A stretch of DNA of 32,000 bases, taken from Geobacter sulfurreducens PCA (GTDB lineage: Bacteria > Desulfobacterota > Desulfuromonadia > Geobacterales > Geobacteraceae). The translations under genes and the position numbers were made by a program. Within the stretch, counting starts at the first letter, position 1. Each line of letters begins with the position of its first letter. The DNA is taken from NCBI RefSeq assembly GCF_000007985.2, contig NC_002939.5, positions 3,360,001 through 3,392,000 on the forward strand, given 5' to 3'. The notes beneath the pieces were generated by a model that saw nothing but the letters and a program-made list of their open reading frames with translations, made no database searches and was not told the DNA's origin. Positions 21,142 through 29,001 of the stretch are shown here, in pieces.

Positions 21142-22671
21142 CTATTCTCCGCTGTCCGATGAGCGGAATGCGGCGATCGCCTCTTCGCGATCGTCAAAGT
21201 GGAATTTTTCCGTTCCGATGATCTGGTAGTCCTCGTGCCCCTTGCCCGCCAGCAACACGATGTCGCCCGCCACGGCAACCGTTGCAGCAAGCCGGATAGC
21301 GTCGTGACGGGATACCAGCGAAGTGAACCCCTTCTCCACAAAGCCCCGGTTCAGTTCACGGGCATCGTATTCCCGCAATCCCATGGGTATGATTCCGGTC
21401 AGAACCTCCTTGATGATCGCCGCGGGCTCCTCGGTCCTGGGGTTGTCGGAAGTAACGATGGTCAGGTGGCTGTAGCGTCCGCTGATTTCCGCCATCACGG
21501 GCCGTTTGCCGCGGTCGCGGTCGCCGCCGCAGCCGAAGACAGTAATAATCCGCCCTGTCGCAAGCTCCGACACGGTCTTCAGAACATTCTCCAGGGCATC
21601 GCCAGTGTGGGCGTAGTCAACCAGGACCGTTACGCCGCGCTCATTGTGAACCCGCTCCAGCCGTCCAGGGACCCGGACATCACCCTCGATTCCCCCCAGA
21701 ATGACGTCAAGGGAAAGCCCGAGGCCGACCCCCGCGGCAACGGCGGCGAGGATGTTATACAGGTTGAACCGTCCCAGCAGGTGCGAGTGAAACGGGGCCG
21801 TCCCGAACGGAGTGACCAGGGTCCCCGCAATGCCGTCCACAGAGAAGACAACGTTTTCGGCTCGCACGGCTGCATCGGCCGCGAGTCCGTAGGAAATCAC
21901 CGGCGCGACGGCAGTCTCGACCAGCCGGGCACCGTAGGAGTCATCCCTGTTGATGGCGGCTGCGCGCCGCGGCTTGACCCCGTCGGGCGCAACCAACTCC
22001 GTAAAGAGCCGCGCCTTGCTGCCGAAATAGGACTCCATGTCCCGGTGATAGTCCAGGTGGTCACGCGTCAGATTCGTGAAGACCGCCACATCGAAACGGC
22101 AGCTATCTACCCGCCGCTGTTCCAGGGCGTGGGACGAAACCTCCATTACCACAGCCTTCGCCCCCTCATCCACCAGATCACGGATTGTTGCCTGCAACTC
22201 AACGGATTCCGGCGTGGTGTGAGGTGCGGGAACGAGCTTCGAGCCGAAGCGGTAGCTGATGGTTCCGAGCACTGCCGCCGGGATGCCGGCCCGGGACATG
22301 ATCGCCTCGACCAGATAGGTGGTGGTGGTCTTGCCGTTGGTACCGGTAATGCCCACGACCGGTACGCCGTCGGTGGGCTGTCCGTAAAAAAGCGCCGCCA
22401 TACGCGACATGGCGAGGCGCGCATCCCCGACCCGGATCCATTCCATCCCGCAGGGTGCTCGCGTTTCGTCCTCCAGCACAACGGCGACGGCGCCCCGTTC
22501 GCGGGCTGACGCAATAAAGTCATGCCCGTCGGACGCGACCCCTTTTAACGCGAAAAAGAGACCACCGGACCTCACCTGCCGTGAATCGCAGTAGAGCCCG
22601 TTGATCTCCCGCGTCAGATCCCCCCGTACCGCGATGGGATCAACAACCCGTGCCAGATCTTCTAGTCGCAT
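21142..22671 (-). CDS. murE: UDP-N-acetylmuramoyl-L-alanyl-D-glutamate--2,6-diaminopimelate ligase
   Basis: Motifs [27 protein letters not shown] and DNPRTE (the DNPR motif is typical of mDAP-adding MurE). Confidence 0.96.
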   Translation of the reverse strand: MRLEDLARVVDPIAVRGDLTREINGLYCDSRQVRSGGLFFALKGVASDGHDFIASARERGAVAVVLEDETRAPCGMEWIRVGDARLAMSRMAALFYGQPTDGVPVVGITGTNGKTTTTYLVEAIMSRAGIPAAVLGTISYRFGSKLVPAPHTTPESVELQATIRDLVDEGAKAVVMEVSSHALEQRRVDSCRFDVAVFTNLTRDHLDYHRDMESYFGSKARLFTELVAPDGVKPRRAAAINRDDSYGARLVETAVAPVISYGLAADAAVRAENVVFSVDGIAGTLVTPFGTAPFHSHLLGRFNLYNILAAVAAGVGLGLSLDVILGGIEGDVRVPGRLERVHNERGVTVLVDYAHTGDALENVLKTVSELATGRIITVFGCGGDRDRGKRPVMAEISGRYSHLTIVTSDNPRTEEPAAIIKEVLTGIIPMGLREYDARELNRGFVEKGFTSLVSRHDAIRLAATVAVAGDIVLLAGKGHEDYQIIGTEKFHFDDREEAIAAFRSSDSGE

Positions 22672-22702
22672 GGTTCCTCGCCATTGAGCGTATTTGATGG
22701 CG

Positions 22703-24676
22703 TCATGCCGATGGTACGAACTTCACCCACACCTGATCCGACGGCCCAACCCTGTGACCGGGAAGCGGGCTTTGCTCGACAGCCCGACCGCTTCCCATGA
22801 GCCTCACGTTGATCCCCCGCTCCTCCATGGTTTTGAGCGCCTGACGCATGCTCATACCCCGAAAGTTCGGCATCACCACCCCTTCCCCGGCGTCGACGAT
22901 CTCTCCTTCCGCGGCGGACAGATCGTCTCCAGTGGGCTGGTCCGCCTTTGCCTCGACCACCTTCGGCTTGCTCCTGACAATGCCGTCGGGCGGCACCTTC
23001 AGGTAGCAGAGGGACTGCAGCGCAATGGAGCTGAAGGCGGGTGCCGCTACAACTCCGCCATAGGGGCTTGTCTTGGGCTCATCGACCATGACGAGGATAG
23101 TGAGACGGGGCCGGTCGGCCGGGACAAAGCCGATGAATGAGGCCGTCCGCTTGGTGAGCGAGTAGCCTCGCGTCACCGGGTCGACTTTCTGGGCCGTTCC
23201 CGTCTTGCCCGCCACCCGGAACCCTTCCACTGCTGCGTTGGTACCGGTTCCGCCTTCCACCGCTACCCCTTCCATCATGCGGGCTACGTTTTTGGCAGTT
23301 GTCTCTGAAACCACCCGCCGCAGCGGTTGCGGCGAGGAGCTCTTGATGACGTTACCCTCGCTGTCGACGACACGTTCAACTAGGTACGGTTTCATGAGCG
23401 TTCCGCCATTGGCTATGGCGGAAAAGGCCGCGGCCAGCTGGATCGAACTGGCGGTCACCCCCTGGCCGAAGGAGACGGTGGCCAGATCGATGCCGTACCA
23501 CTGGTTCCAGTCCCTGAGGGTCCCCCCCGCCTCTCCGGGGAGGTCAATACCGGTCCGCGCACCGAAACCGAAATTTCTCAGGTATGAATACAGCCTCGAG
23601 GCACCGAGGCGACTCCCGATCTTTGCTGACCCGATGTTGCTCGAATATTTCAAAATCTCCGGGATGCTCAGGCTCCCATACTTGTGGGTATCGTGAATGG
23701 TCCGCCCGCCGATGGAAAAACTGCCCCCCTCGCAGTTGATCCTGTCGCCCGGTCGGATCACTTTTTCTTCAAGGGCCGAGGCGATGAGGAACACCTTGAA
23801 GGTTGATCCCGGCTCATAGCTGTCGGCCACTGCTCTGTTGCGCCAGAGGGACTGATGATAGGCGCCGTGGGCGTTCAGATTGAATGTCGGATAGTTGGCC
23901 ATGGCCAGGACCCGCCCGGTATGGGGATCCATAACGATCGCGGTGCCGGCCCGGGCGCCGCTGCCGTCAACGGCCTTGGCAAGCTCCTTTTCAGCGATGT
24001 ACTGGATATTCTTGTCAAGGGTCAGAACGACATTGTGCCCCATGGCACCGTCCTGAATCACTGTCCCCTTCAGCGCCACATCCCGGCCTAGGGCGTCCCG
24101 CTCGGTCACCAGATAACCGGTGCCGCCCAGGATGGTTGAGTCGTAACGCAGCTCGATGCCCTCAAGTCCTTCAGGGTCGACTCCGGTAAAACCAATGACA
24201 TGGGCGGCCACTTCAGAGTTGGGATAAAACCGCTTGGTTTCCTTGACGAAACCGATCCCATCAATATTCAGAGCCCGGATTCTTTTCACCACATCGGGCG
24301 TCAGCCGGCGCTGGAGCCAGACAAAATTCTTGTTCCCCTGCAGCTTGCGGAGCAGGGTTTCTTTCGGAAAACCCAGAACCGGGGAGAGTCGCGCAGCCGC
24401 GTCATCCAGGTCCGCAATTGACTTGGGCTCGGCGAAACAGGAGTCCATCTCCACCGACACGGCGAGGGCCGAACCATTTGCGTCGTATATGGTCCCTCGG
24501 GCAGGCGTCAGAGGGACAATCTTCTGGTGCTGGCGGTCGGCAAGCTTGAGCAGGTGGTCGCGCTTGACCACCTGGAGATAAAAGGCCCGACAAACGACGA
24601 GAGAGAAAAAGAGAACGAAGAAACCGCCAATAAAGCGGATGCGCAGAGTTATCCATTTCTCCGCGTCATATCTCAT
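22703..24676 (-). CDS. ftsI: Class B penicillin-binding protein FtsI (PBP3) with a C-terminal PASTA-like domain
   Basis: N-terminal transmembrane segment, then STFK, SSN and KTGT motifs. The last ~58 aa (VVMPNFRGMSMRQALKTMEERGINVRLMGSGRAVEQSPLPGHRV...) match the PASTA pattern. ATGA overlap with the ftsL stop. Confidence 0.95.
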   Translation of the reverse strand: MRYDAEKWITLRIRFIGGFFVLFFSLVVCRAFYLQVVKRDHLLKLADRQHQKIVPLTPARGTIYDANGSALAVSVEMDSCFAEPKSIADLDDAAARLSPVLGFPKETLLRKLQGNKNFVWLQRRLTPDVVKRIRALNIDGIGFVKETKRFYPNSEVAAHVIGFTGVDPEGLEGIELRYDSTILGGTGYLVTERDALGRDVALKGTVIQDGAMGHNVVLTLDKNIQYIAEKELAKAVDGSGARAGTAIVMDPHTGRVLAMANYPTFNLNAHGAYHQSLWRNRAVADSYEPGSTFKVFLIASALEEKVIRPGDRINCEGGSFSIGGRTIHDTHKYGSLSIPEILKYSSNIGSAKIGSRLGASRLYSYLRNFGFGARTGIDLPGEAGGTLRDWNQWYGIDLATVSFGQGVTASSIQLAAAFSAIANGGTLMKPYLVERVVDSEGNVIKSSSPQPLRRVVSETTAKNVARMMEGVAVEGGTGTNAAVEGFRVAGKTGTAQKVDPVTRGYSLTKRTASFIGFVPADRPRLTILVMVDEPKTSPYGGVVAAPAFSSIALQSLCYLKVPPDGIVRSKPKVVEAKADQPTGDDLSAAEGEIVDAGEGVVMPNFRGMSMRQALKTMEERGINVRLMGSGRAVEQSPLPGHRVGPSDQVWVKFVPSA

Positions 24677-25008
24677 TTCACAACAACCACCTGCTGATCA
24701 GTGGGAAGTGCCATGCCCAACTCACCCTTGGCGACAGCTTCAATTCGAGCCGGGGTCTTGAGGGAAGCCACCTCGAGCTTGAGGCGATTCTGCTCCTCCT
24801 GAGCCACCTTGAGTTGACGGGCAACCTCGGCGACCTCCAGGTTCAGGTCAACGACACGCACGCGGGACCAGACGTGAAAGACCGAGACGAGGGTCAACAG
24901 AACCAGCACCGCAAGAAGGTACGGAAACAGATCGCCCCGCTGGGCGTACATCTCCTCCAGCTTCCTGGGAGCCGCAACCTTGCTGAATTCCGTCCGTGCC
25001 TGCGCCAT
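24673..25008 (-). CDS. ftsL: Cell division protein FtsL
   Basis: Small bitopic protein: transmembrane segment LFPYLLAVLVLLTLVSVFHVW, then a coiled-coil (LKVAQEEQNRLKLEVASLK). Located between rsmH and ftsI. ATG 25008 is preferred because GAAGGAGG lies upstream. The track ORF begins at TTG 25032. Confidence 0.75.
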   Translation of the reverse strand: MAQARTEFSKVAAPRKLEEMYAQRGDLFPYLLAVLVLLTLVSVFHVWSRVRVVDLNLEVAEVARQLKVAQEEQNRLKLEVASLKTPARIEAVAKGELGMALPTDQQVVVVK

Positions 25009-25035
25009 CTCCGCCTCCTTCAGCATCCGCAAATA

Positions 25036-25974
25036 CTACAGTTTTTCTGCCGCCCGCAGCTTGGCGCTGCGCGCTCTCGGGTTCTCCGCCACCTCGACGT
25101 CACCCGCCACTACCGGCCGTCCCGTCAGGATACGGAGCCGGGGAACACCGCCACACACGCAGCGGGGAAGCTCCTTCGGACAGGTGCACCCCTGGGCGTA
25201 ACGGCGGAACATGGTTTTAACGATCCGGTCCTCCAGCGAGTGAAAGGAGATCACAACCCCCCGTCCGCCAGGCCTCAACAGCCCCAGGGCGGATTCAAGG
25301 CCCCGCTCCAGGCTTCCAAGTTCGTCGTTCACCGCTATCCGAAGGGCCTGAAAGGTCCGGGTAGCCGGGTGAATCCGCTCTTCCCAGGCTCCCCGCGGAA
25401 TTGCCCCTTTGATGATGTCGACCAACTGGAGCGTTCGCTCGATTGGTCCGTCAACCCGGGCCTTGACGATGAACGAGGCGATTCGCCGCGCCCATCGCTC
25501 TTCGCCATATTCTTTTATGATGCGGGCCAGCTCGTGTTCGTTTAGATCGTTGACCAGGTCCGCGGCGGTGCCGGGCACCAAGGTATTCATCCGCATATCG
25601 AGAGGCGCATCGGTCAGAAAGCTGAACCCCCGCTCCGCCGTGTCCAGCTGATGTGAGGAGACCCCCACATCCAGGAGAAATCCGTCGACACCGTCAACTC
25701 CCAGCTCGGCCAGAACGCGGCCCATTTCCGAAAAGTTGCCGGGGACAGGCCTGAAGCGCTCACCAAATAATGCAAGTCGCTCCCGAGCGACCTCCAGGGC
25801 GGCAGGGTCACGGTCAAACCCGATCAACATCCCATCAGGGGACGTCGCTTCAAGGATCAGCCGGGCATGCCCCGCCCCCCCCAGCGTTCCGTCCACATAC
25901 ACCCCACCGGGGCGGGGGGATAAATACTCCAGCACCTCGGCCGGCATGACCGGACGGTGCGAAAACGTCATCAC
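25036..25974 (-). CDS. rsmH: 16S rRNA (cytosine1402-N4)-methyltransferase RsmH (MraW)
   Basis: Motifs [24 protein letters not shown]-like ([11 protein letters not shown]) and SFHSLEDR. The start is GTG 25974 or the adjacent ATG 25971. Confidence 0.96.
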   Translation of the reverse strand: MMTFSHRPVMPAEVLEYLSPRPGGVYVDGTLGGAGHARLILEATSPDGMLIGFDRDPAALEVARERLALFGERFRPVPGNFSEMGRVLAELGVDGVDGFLLDVGVSSHQLDTAERGFSFLTDAPLDMRMNTLVPGTAADLVNDLNEHELARIIKEYGEERWARRIASFIVKARVDGPIERTLQLVDIIKGAIPRGAWEERIHPATRTFQALRIAVNDELGSLERGLESALGLLRPGGRGVVISFHSLEDRIVKTMFRRYAQGCTCPKELPRCVCGGVPRLRILTGRPVVAGDVEVAENPRARSAKLRAAEKL

Positions 25975-26451
25975 CTAGAGCCCCAACTCTGCTACTGTCT
26001 CAGAGTCGGACGGGAAATTCTTCAGATCCTGAATCCGAACCTTCTCCCGCTCCGCTTGGCTCCACACTTCTATCTTGTCCATCACGCCGACAAAAAGGAT
26101 ATCCCGCTCAAGGGCAGCCCCTTTTCTCAGATGGGGAGGAATCAGCAGGCGCCCCAGCTTGTCGGCACAACACTCAACCGCGGGAGAGATGATCGTCCGC
26201 ATGATACTGTTGCGCTGGGCCGAGGTCAGCCCCTTGCTGGAACGAAAGTTTTCCTCGAACTCCACCCACTTGGCATAGGGAAATATCAGGAGACCGCTGC
26301 TAAAGGTGCCAGCCCCCAGATCAACGGGCGCGGAGTTGGTTATCACGAAACGATCGTCACCATGAACGTCAACGAGAACCTCCCGGAACTTGGCGGGAAG
26401 ACTCGTTCGCCCCTTGGCGTCAATAGTTGTCTCGTAGATTCCCCTGAACAT
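25975..26451 (-). CDS. mraZ: Transcriptional regulator MraZ
   Basis: N-terminus MFRGIYETTIDAKGRTSLPAKFR, and a second SpoVT/AbrB-like repeat (DKLGRLLIPPHLR). First gene of the dcw cluster. ATG 26451 is preferred over the track start at 26493. Confidence 0.93.
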   Translation of the reverse strand: MFRGIYETTIDAKGRTSLPAKFREVLVDVHGDDRFVITNSAPVDLGAGTFSSGLLIFPYAKWVEFEENFRSSKGLTSAQRNSIMRTIISPAVECCADKLGRLLIPPHLRKGAALERDILFVGVMDKIEVWSQAEREKVRIQDLKNFPSDSETVAELGL

Positions 26452-26458
26452 ATTCCCC

Positions 26459-26493
26459 GGCACACCTTGCCACGATTTACCACAATTTACCAC
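26459..26493 (-). promoter_or_regulatory. Array of four 10-bp-phased GTGGN direct repeats (candidate MraZ boxes)
   Basis: Minus strand reads GTGGT-AAATT-GTGGT-AAATC-GTGGC-AAGGT-GTGCC. The pentamers are at 26493-26489, 26483-26479, 26473-26469 and 26463-26459. The array lies between the predicted -10 element and the mraZ ATG. Confidence 0.65.
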
Positions 26494-26505
26494 TTAGTGC
26501 CAAAA

Positions 26506-26534
26506 ACTATACCCGCCACCCCAAGGGTTGTCAA
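26506..26534 (-). promoter_or_regulatory. Candidate sigma70 promoter of the dcw cluster (Pmra)
   Basis: Minus strand: TTGACA (26534-26529), a 17-nt spacer, then TATAGT (26511-26506). It is about 55 nt upstream of the mraZ ATG. Confidence 0.7.
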
Positions 26535-26860
26535 GGCAAATCTGGCCATTACTCAGGTGATTGTTTTAGTTCTATTTCAACCAGTTACCGCTCTCCTGAA
26601 GCCTGTGAAATACCGAACTTCACCCACGAACAACCTCAGGCGGCCAAACAGCCCAACGGGCGATCCAGGCCAACAATGTCGGCACGCCCTCAAGCCAGTG
26701 AAACAGCTGAAAGAAACACCCCGGACAATCCGTCTTTCATCTCCCGACAGGACACAAACCGGTAACGGTGATCGTCAGAGCCGGAGCGGGCACAGCAGAC
26801 ATGAGGACAGGCCGCCGAAGCGGAGAGAGAATGAAGTCCGACGCAGAGCTACGCAGGAAG

Positions 26861-26888
26861 GAAAGAAAAAAGGGGCGCGAGGCCCCTT
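26861..26888 (-). terminator. Intrinsic terminator after the 116-aa ORF
   Basis: Minus-strand RNA AAGGGGC-CUCGC-GCCCCUU followed by UUUUCUUUC. It begins 4 nt after the TAA stop at 26892-26894. Confidence 0.7.
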
Positions 26889-26891
26889 GGA

Positions 26892-27242
26892 TTACTTATC
26901 TTTTTTCCGGTCCAGAAGGGAAACGACCTTCGCCCCCTTCCCCTTGTCCGGCGGTTCGTCGAGAGGGGGCTCCAGCGACTGGGGCTGAGGGACGGACTCC
27001 CGCGCCAGGGGCGACACGACTTTTTCCATCCGGATCGGTGTCCCTCCCATGGTGAAGGGGGTTCCGTTGATCTGGGCCTCCTCAAGGATCCAGGTATAGA
27101 TTTCCAGGGGCACCGTGAGGACCAAGAGCTTTACCCGCCACCAACCGGGCTTCACATCGGGTGAAACATCTTCGATGCGGGCATAGAATCCCGGCTTGCC
27201 GTCGATGTGGACCAGGACCAGATCGTTGATGGCCGTTGACAT
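26892..27242 (-). CDS. Hypothetical protein (116 aa, Pro/Lys-rich C-terminal tail)
   Basis: ATG 27242 is preceded by GGGGGAG, and an intrinsic terminator follows the ORF. I recognise no family. The track ORF extends to 27338 but lacks an RBS there. Confidence 0.55.
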   Translation of the reverse strand: MSTAINDLVLVHIDGKPGFYARIEDVSPDVKPGWWRVKLLVLTVPLEIYTWILEEAQINGTPFTMGGTPIRMEKVVSPLARESVPQPQSLEPPLDEPPDKGKGAKVVSLLDRKKDK

Positions 27243-27291
27243 TGCTCCCCCTTGCTCCGTATTCGAAAATAGAATCTTACAACGGCCGTGA

Positions 27292-27840
27292 TCAGTCGGA
27301 CTGGCCCATGAGAAGTCCCTGGCGGACCTGGGAGCCAAGAGCTACCTCCAACTCGTTGTAAAGACGGCGAAGCTCCCGTTCGCGGCGATAGAACTCTTCA
27401 ATCCGCTCCGGCTCCCACAGCCCTTCAACCCGCTCACAGTTAAACGTTATGCAATTGAAGGGTCGCAGTGACGGTTGCATGAGACAGCCTGCGTCGCCGA
27501 GATAGGGGCAGAAGTCGCGGCCGAAGCGGGGCTCGAAAAGCTCAGCATTCGTTGATCGATAAATCAGCAGGTCCGCCACCGTAAAATGGTACTTTCCCCG
27601 CAGGCAACACTCGCCGCCGCAGGAGGCACAGATCACCGAACTGCCCATCTCATGGGCCAAGCGGTGCAACTCCTCCTTGGCCGAGCAAATGGCGCCCCCC
27701 TTCTCCCGGAGCATCGCTCTGACCGGCTGCGGAAGTCGGTGGTATTGACCGGTGATCGCCGCCACCGCGGCATGCCAGACGTTCTGATCATTCATGAAGA
27801 GAGTCGATTTCTTCAAGTTCATTGCGGTGGGGTACCGCAT
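27292..27840 (-). CDS. Cys-rich protein, YkgJ/UPF0153-like putative Fe-S or Zn-binding domain
   Basis: Motif CASCGGECCL (CxxCxxxCC), plus downstream FCPYL...GCL...FNCITFNC cysteines resembling the CxxCxxCC-type family. The start is uncertain (ATG at 27840, 27822 or 27795, none with a clear RBS). Confidence 0.55.
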   Translation of the reverse strand: MRYPTAMNLKKSTLFMNDQNVWHAAVAAITGQYHRLPQPVRAMLREKGGAICSAKEELHRLAHEMGSSVICASCGGECCLRGKYHFTVADLLIYRSTNAELFEPRFGRDFCPYLGDAGCLMQPSLRPFNCITFNCERVEGLWEPERIEEFYRRERELRRLYNELEVALGSQVRQGLLMGQSD

Positions 27841-27849
27841 GGCTTGTAA

Positions 27850-28226
27850 AAAACTGGTCGAAGCAGCCCATAAGCCGGGTTCTGTTCCCGCCGCGGGTTA
27901 CCCCTTGGCGGGCGATGACCATTCCTCTGGGACCGCCGTTACCGACGGCCTCAAGCAGCCAACCCGGAAGCACGGACGGGCCATCCTTGACGCTTCCCTA
28001 TTCGGCCTTGCTCCTGGTGGGGTTTACCTGGCATCCGACGTCACCGCCGAACCCGGTGAGCTCTTACCTCACCCTTTCACCCTTACCCGCCTGAGCGGGC
28101 GGACTTCTCTCTGTGGCACTATCCCTGGGGTCGCCCCCGCTGGACGTTATCCAGCACCATGCCCTGTGGAGCCCGGACTTTCCTCCCCCCGCACGCGAAG
28201 GGCGGCCATCTGTTCTGCTTCGACCA
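27850..28226 (-). ncRNA. rnpB: RNase P RNA, bacterial type A
   Basis: Minus strand contains the universally conserved P4 strands GAGGAAAGTCCGGGCTCC and ACAGAACCCGGCTTA. It also contains AGGGTGAAAGGGTG and GTAAACCCCACC. P1 pairs GGTCGAAGCAG (5') with CTGCTTCGACC (3'). The RNA ends in a T6 run. Confidence 0.95.
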
Positions 28227-28249
28227 AGCCGTTATTCAATAAGCCCGCG

Positions 28250-28573
28250 TCAGGCGTCCTGACGGAGCACCAGCATCCGCTGGCAGTGAGGACAGAGGAC
28301 CAGATCGTCCCCTTTGTAGAGCGAGTTGTAAAGCTGGGGTGGCAGGTTCATGTTGCAGCCCGAGCAGTTACCGCTCCTGGCAGCCACGAGAGCCACGCCC
28401 TGTCGGCGAAGGCGCAAGGCTTCGTACCGCTTGAGCAGTGACGCCGGAATCCCCTTGGCAGTGTCGGCCTTGGCGGAGGCATCAGAGGCAATCTCCTGAT
28501 CGAGACGCTCCAGCGCGGCCGTAAGCTCCGCCTTGCGGGCTCCGAGATTCTCCTCCAGACTGCTGATATCTCC
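28250..28573 (-). pseudogene. 3' fragment of an IS-disrupted COG1579-type zinc-ribbon/coiled-coil gene
   Basis: Encodes ...LEENLGARKAELTAALERL... and a C-terminal CSGCNMNLP...CPHCQRML zinc ribbon. The track ORF start (GTG 28600) lies inside the IS end and is a fusion artefact. Confidence 0.85.
28559..28573. repeat. 15-bp direct repeat ACTGCTGATATCTCC (left copy) flanking the IS
   Basis: Identical 15-mer at 29924-29938. Removing one copy plus the intervening DNA restores an in-frame gene. Confidence 0.9.
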
Positions 28574-28638
28574 TATGGCGGCCCCGGTTTTCTTGGACAC
28601 GAAAATGAGGTAAATCTAGGTGTTCAAGGAGGTCGTCA

Positions 28639-29001
28639 ATGGAAAAGGATGTCAGTGTCTCCGGTGCGGCGGAAGGAGAGCGTAGCTCGACTGGAGCAGC
28701 ACCGGAAGTCAAACGTTGGAGCGCCAACCGCAAAAAGGAGGTTGTCCTGCGGTTGATGCGCGGTGAACCAATCGATGCCTTGTCCCGTGAGTTGGGCATC
28801 GAAATCTATCGCCTGGAAGAGTGGCATCAGAAAGCACTCCAGGGGATAGAATCTGCTCTCAAGGCTCGTGAAGGTGATCCGTTGGCAGCGGAACTCGATG
28901 CAGCCTTCAAGCGCATCGGTGAGATCACCATGGAAAACGAGCTACTGCGGGAGAAAGCGAGGCGTGCCCACCCTTTGGCCCAGAGGAGATCGAAGAAATG
29001 A
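28639..29001 (+). CDS. IS transposase OrfA (HTH plus leucine-zipper-like region)
   Basis: 120 aa. RBS AAGGAGG lies upstream of the ATG at 28639. The layout is typical of IS3-type OrfA. The stop overlaps the orfB ATG (ATGA). Confidence 0.8.
   Translation: MEKDVSVSGAAEGERSSTGAAPEVKRWSANRKKEVVLRLMRGEPIDALSRELGIEIYRLEEWHQKALQGIESALKAREGDPLAAELDAAFKRIGEITMENELLREKARRAHPLAQRRSKK

Noticed and set aside
25957-26988. 343-aa plus-strand ORF covering mraZ and its upstream region.
   Set aside because: It is antisense to mraZ and crosses the promoter, the MraZ boxes and a terminator. The product is Arg/Pro-rich and low in complexity.
27794-28441. 215-aa plus-strand ORF, and the 90-aa ORF at 27822-28094.
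   Set aside because: They lie over the RNase P RNA gene, whose conserved P4 and other core sequences are unmistakable on the minus strand.
28574-28600. The 116-aa track ORF 28250-28600 (MSKKTGAAIGDISS...) read as an intact small gene.
   Set aside because: Its first 9 codons are read from the IS terminal inverted repeat, starting at a GTG without an RBS. The rest is the 3' half of the disrupted COG1579-type gene.
28923-29001. Programmed -1 ribosomal frameshift joining IS orfA and orfB.
   Set aside because: orfB is in the -1 frame and open from 28923. However, there is no canonical X-XXY-YYZ slippery heptamer; only GAG-AAA-GCG and GGAAAAC are present. orfB has its own ATG in an ATGA overlap with the orfA stop. 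Translational coupling is the simpler reading, although frameshifting cannot be excluded without experiment.
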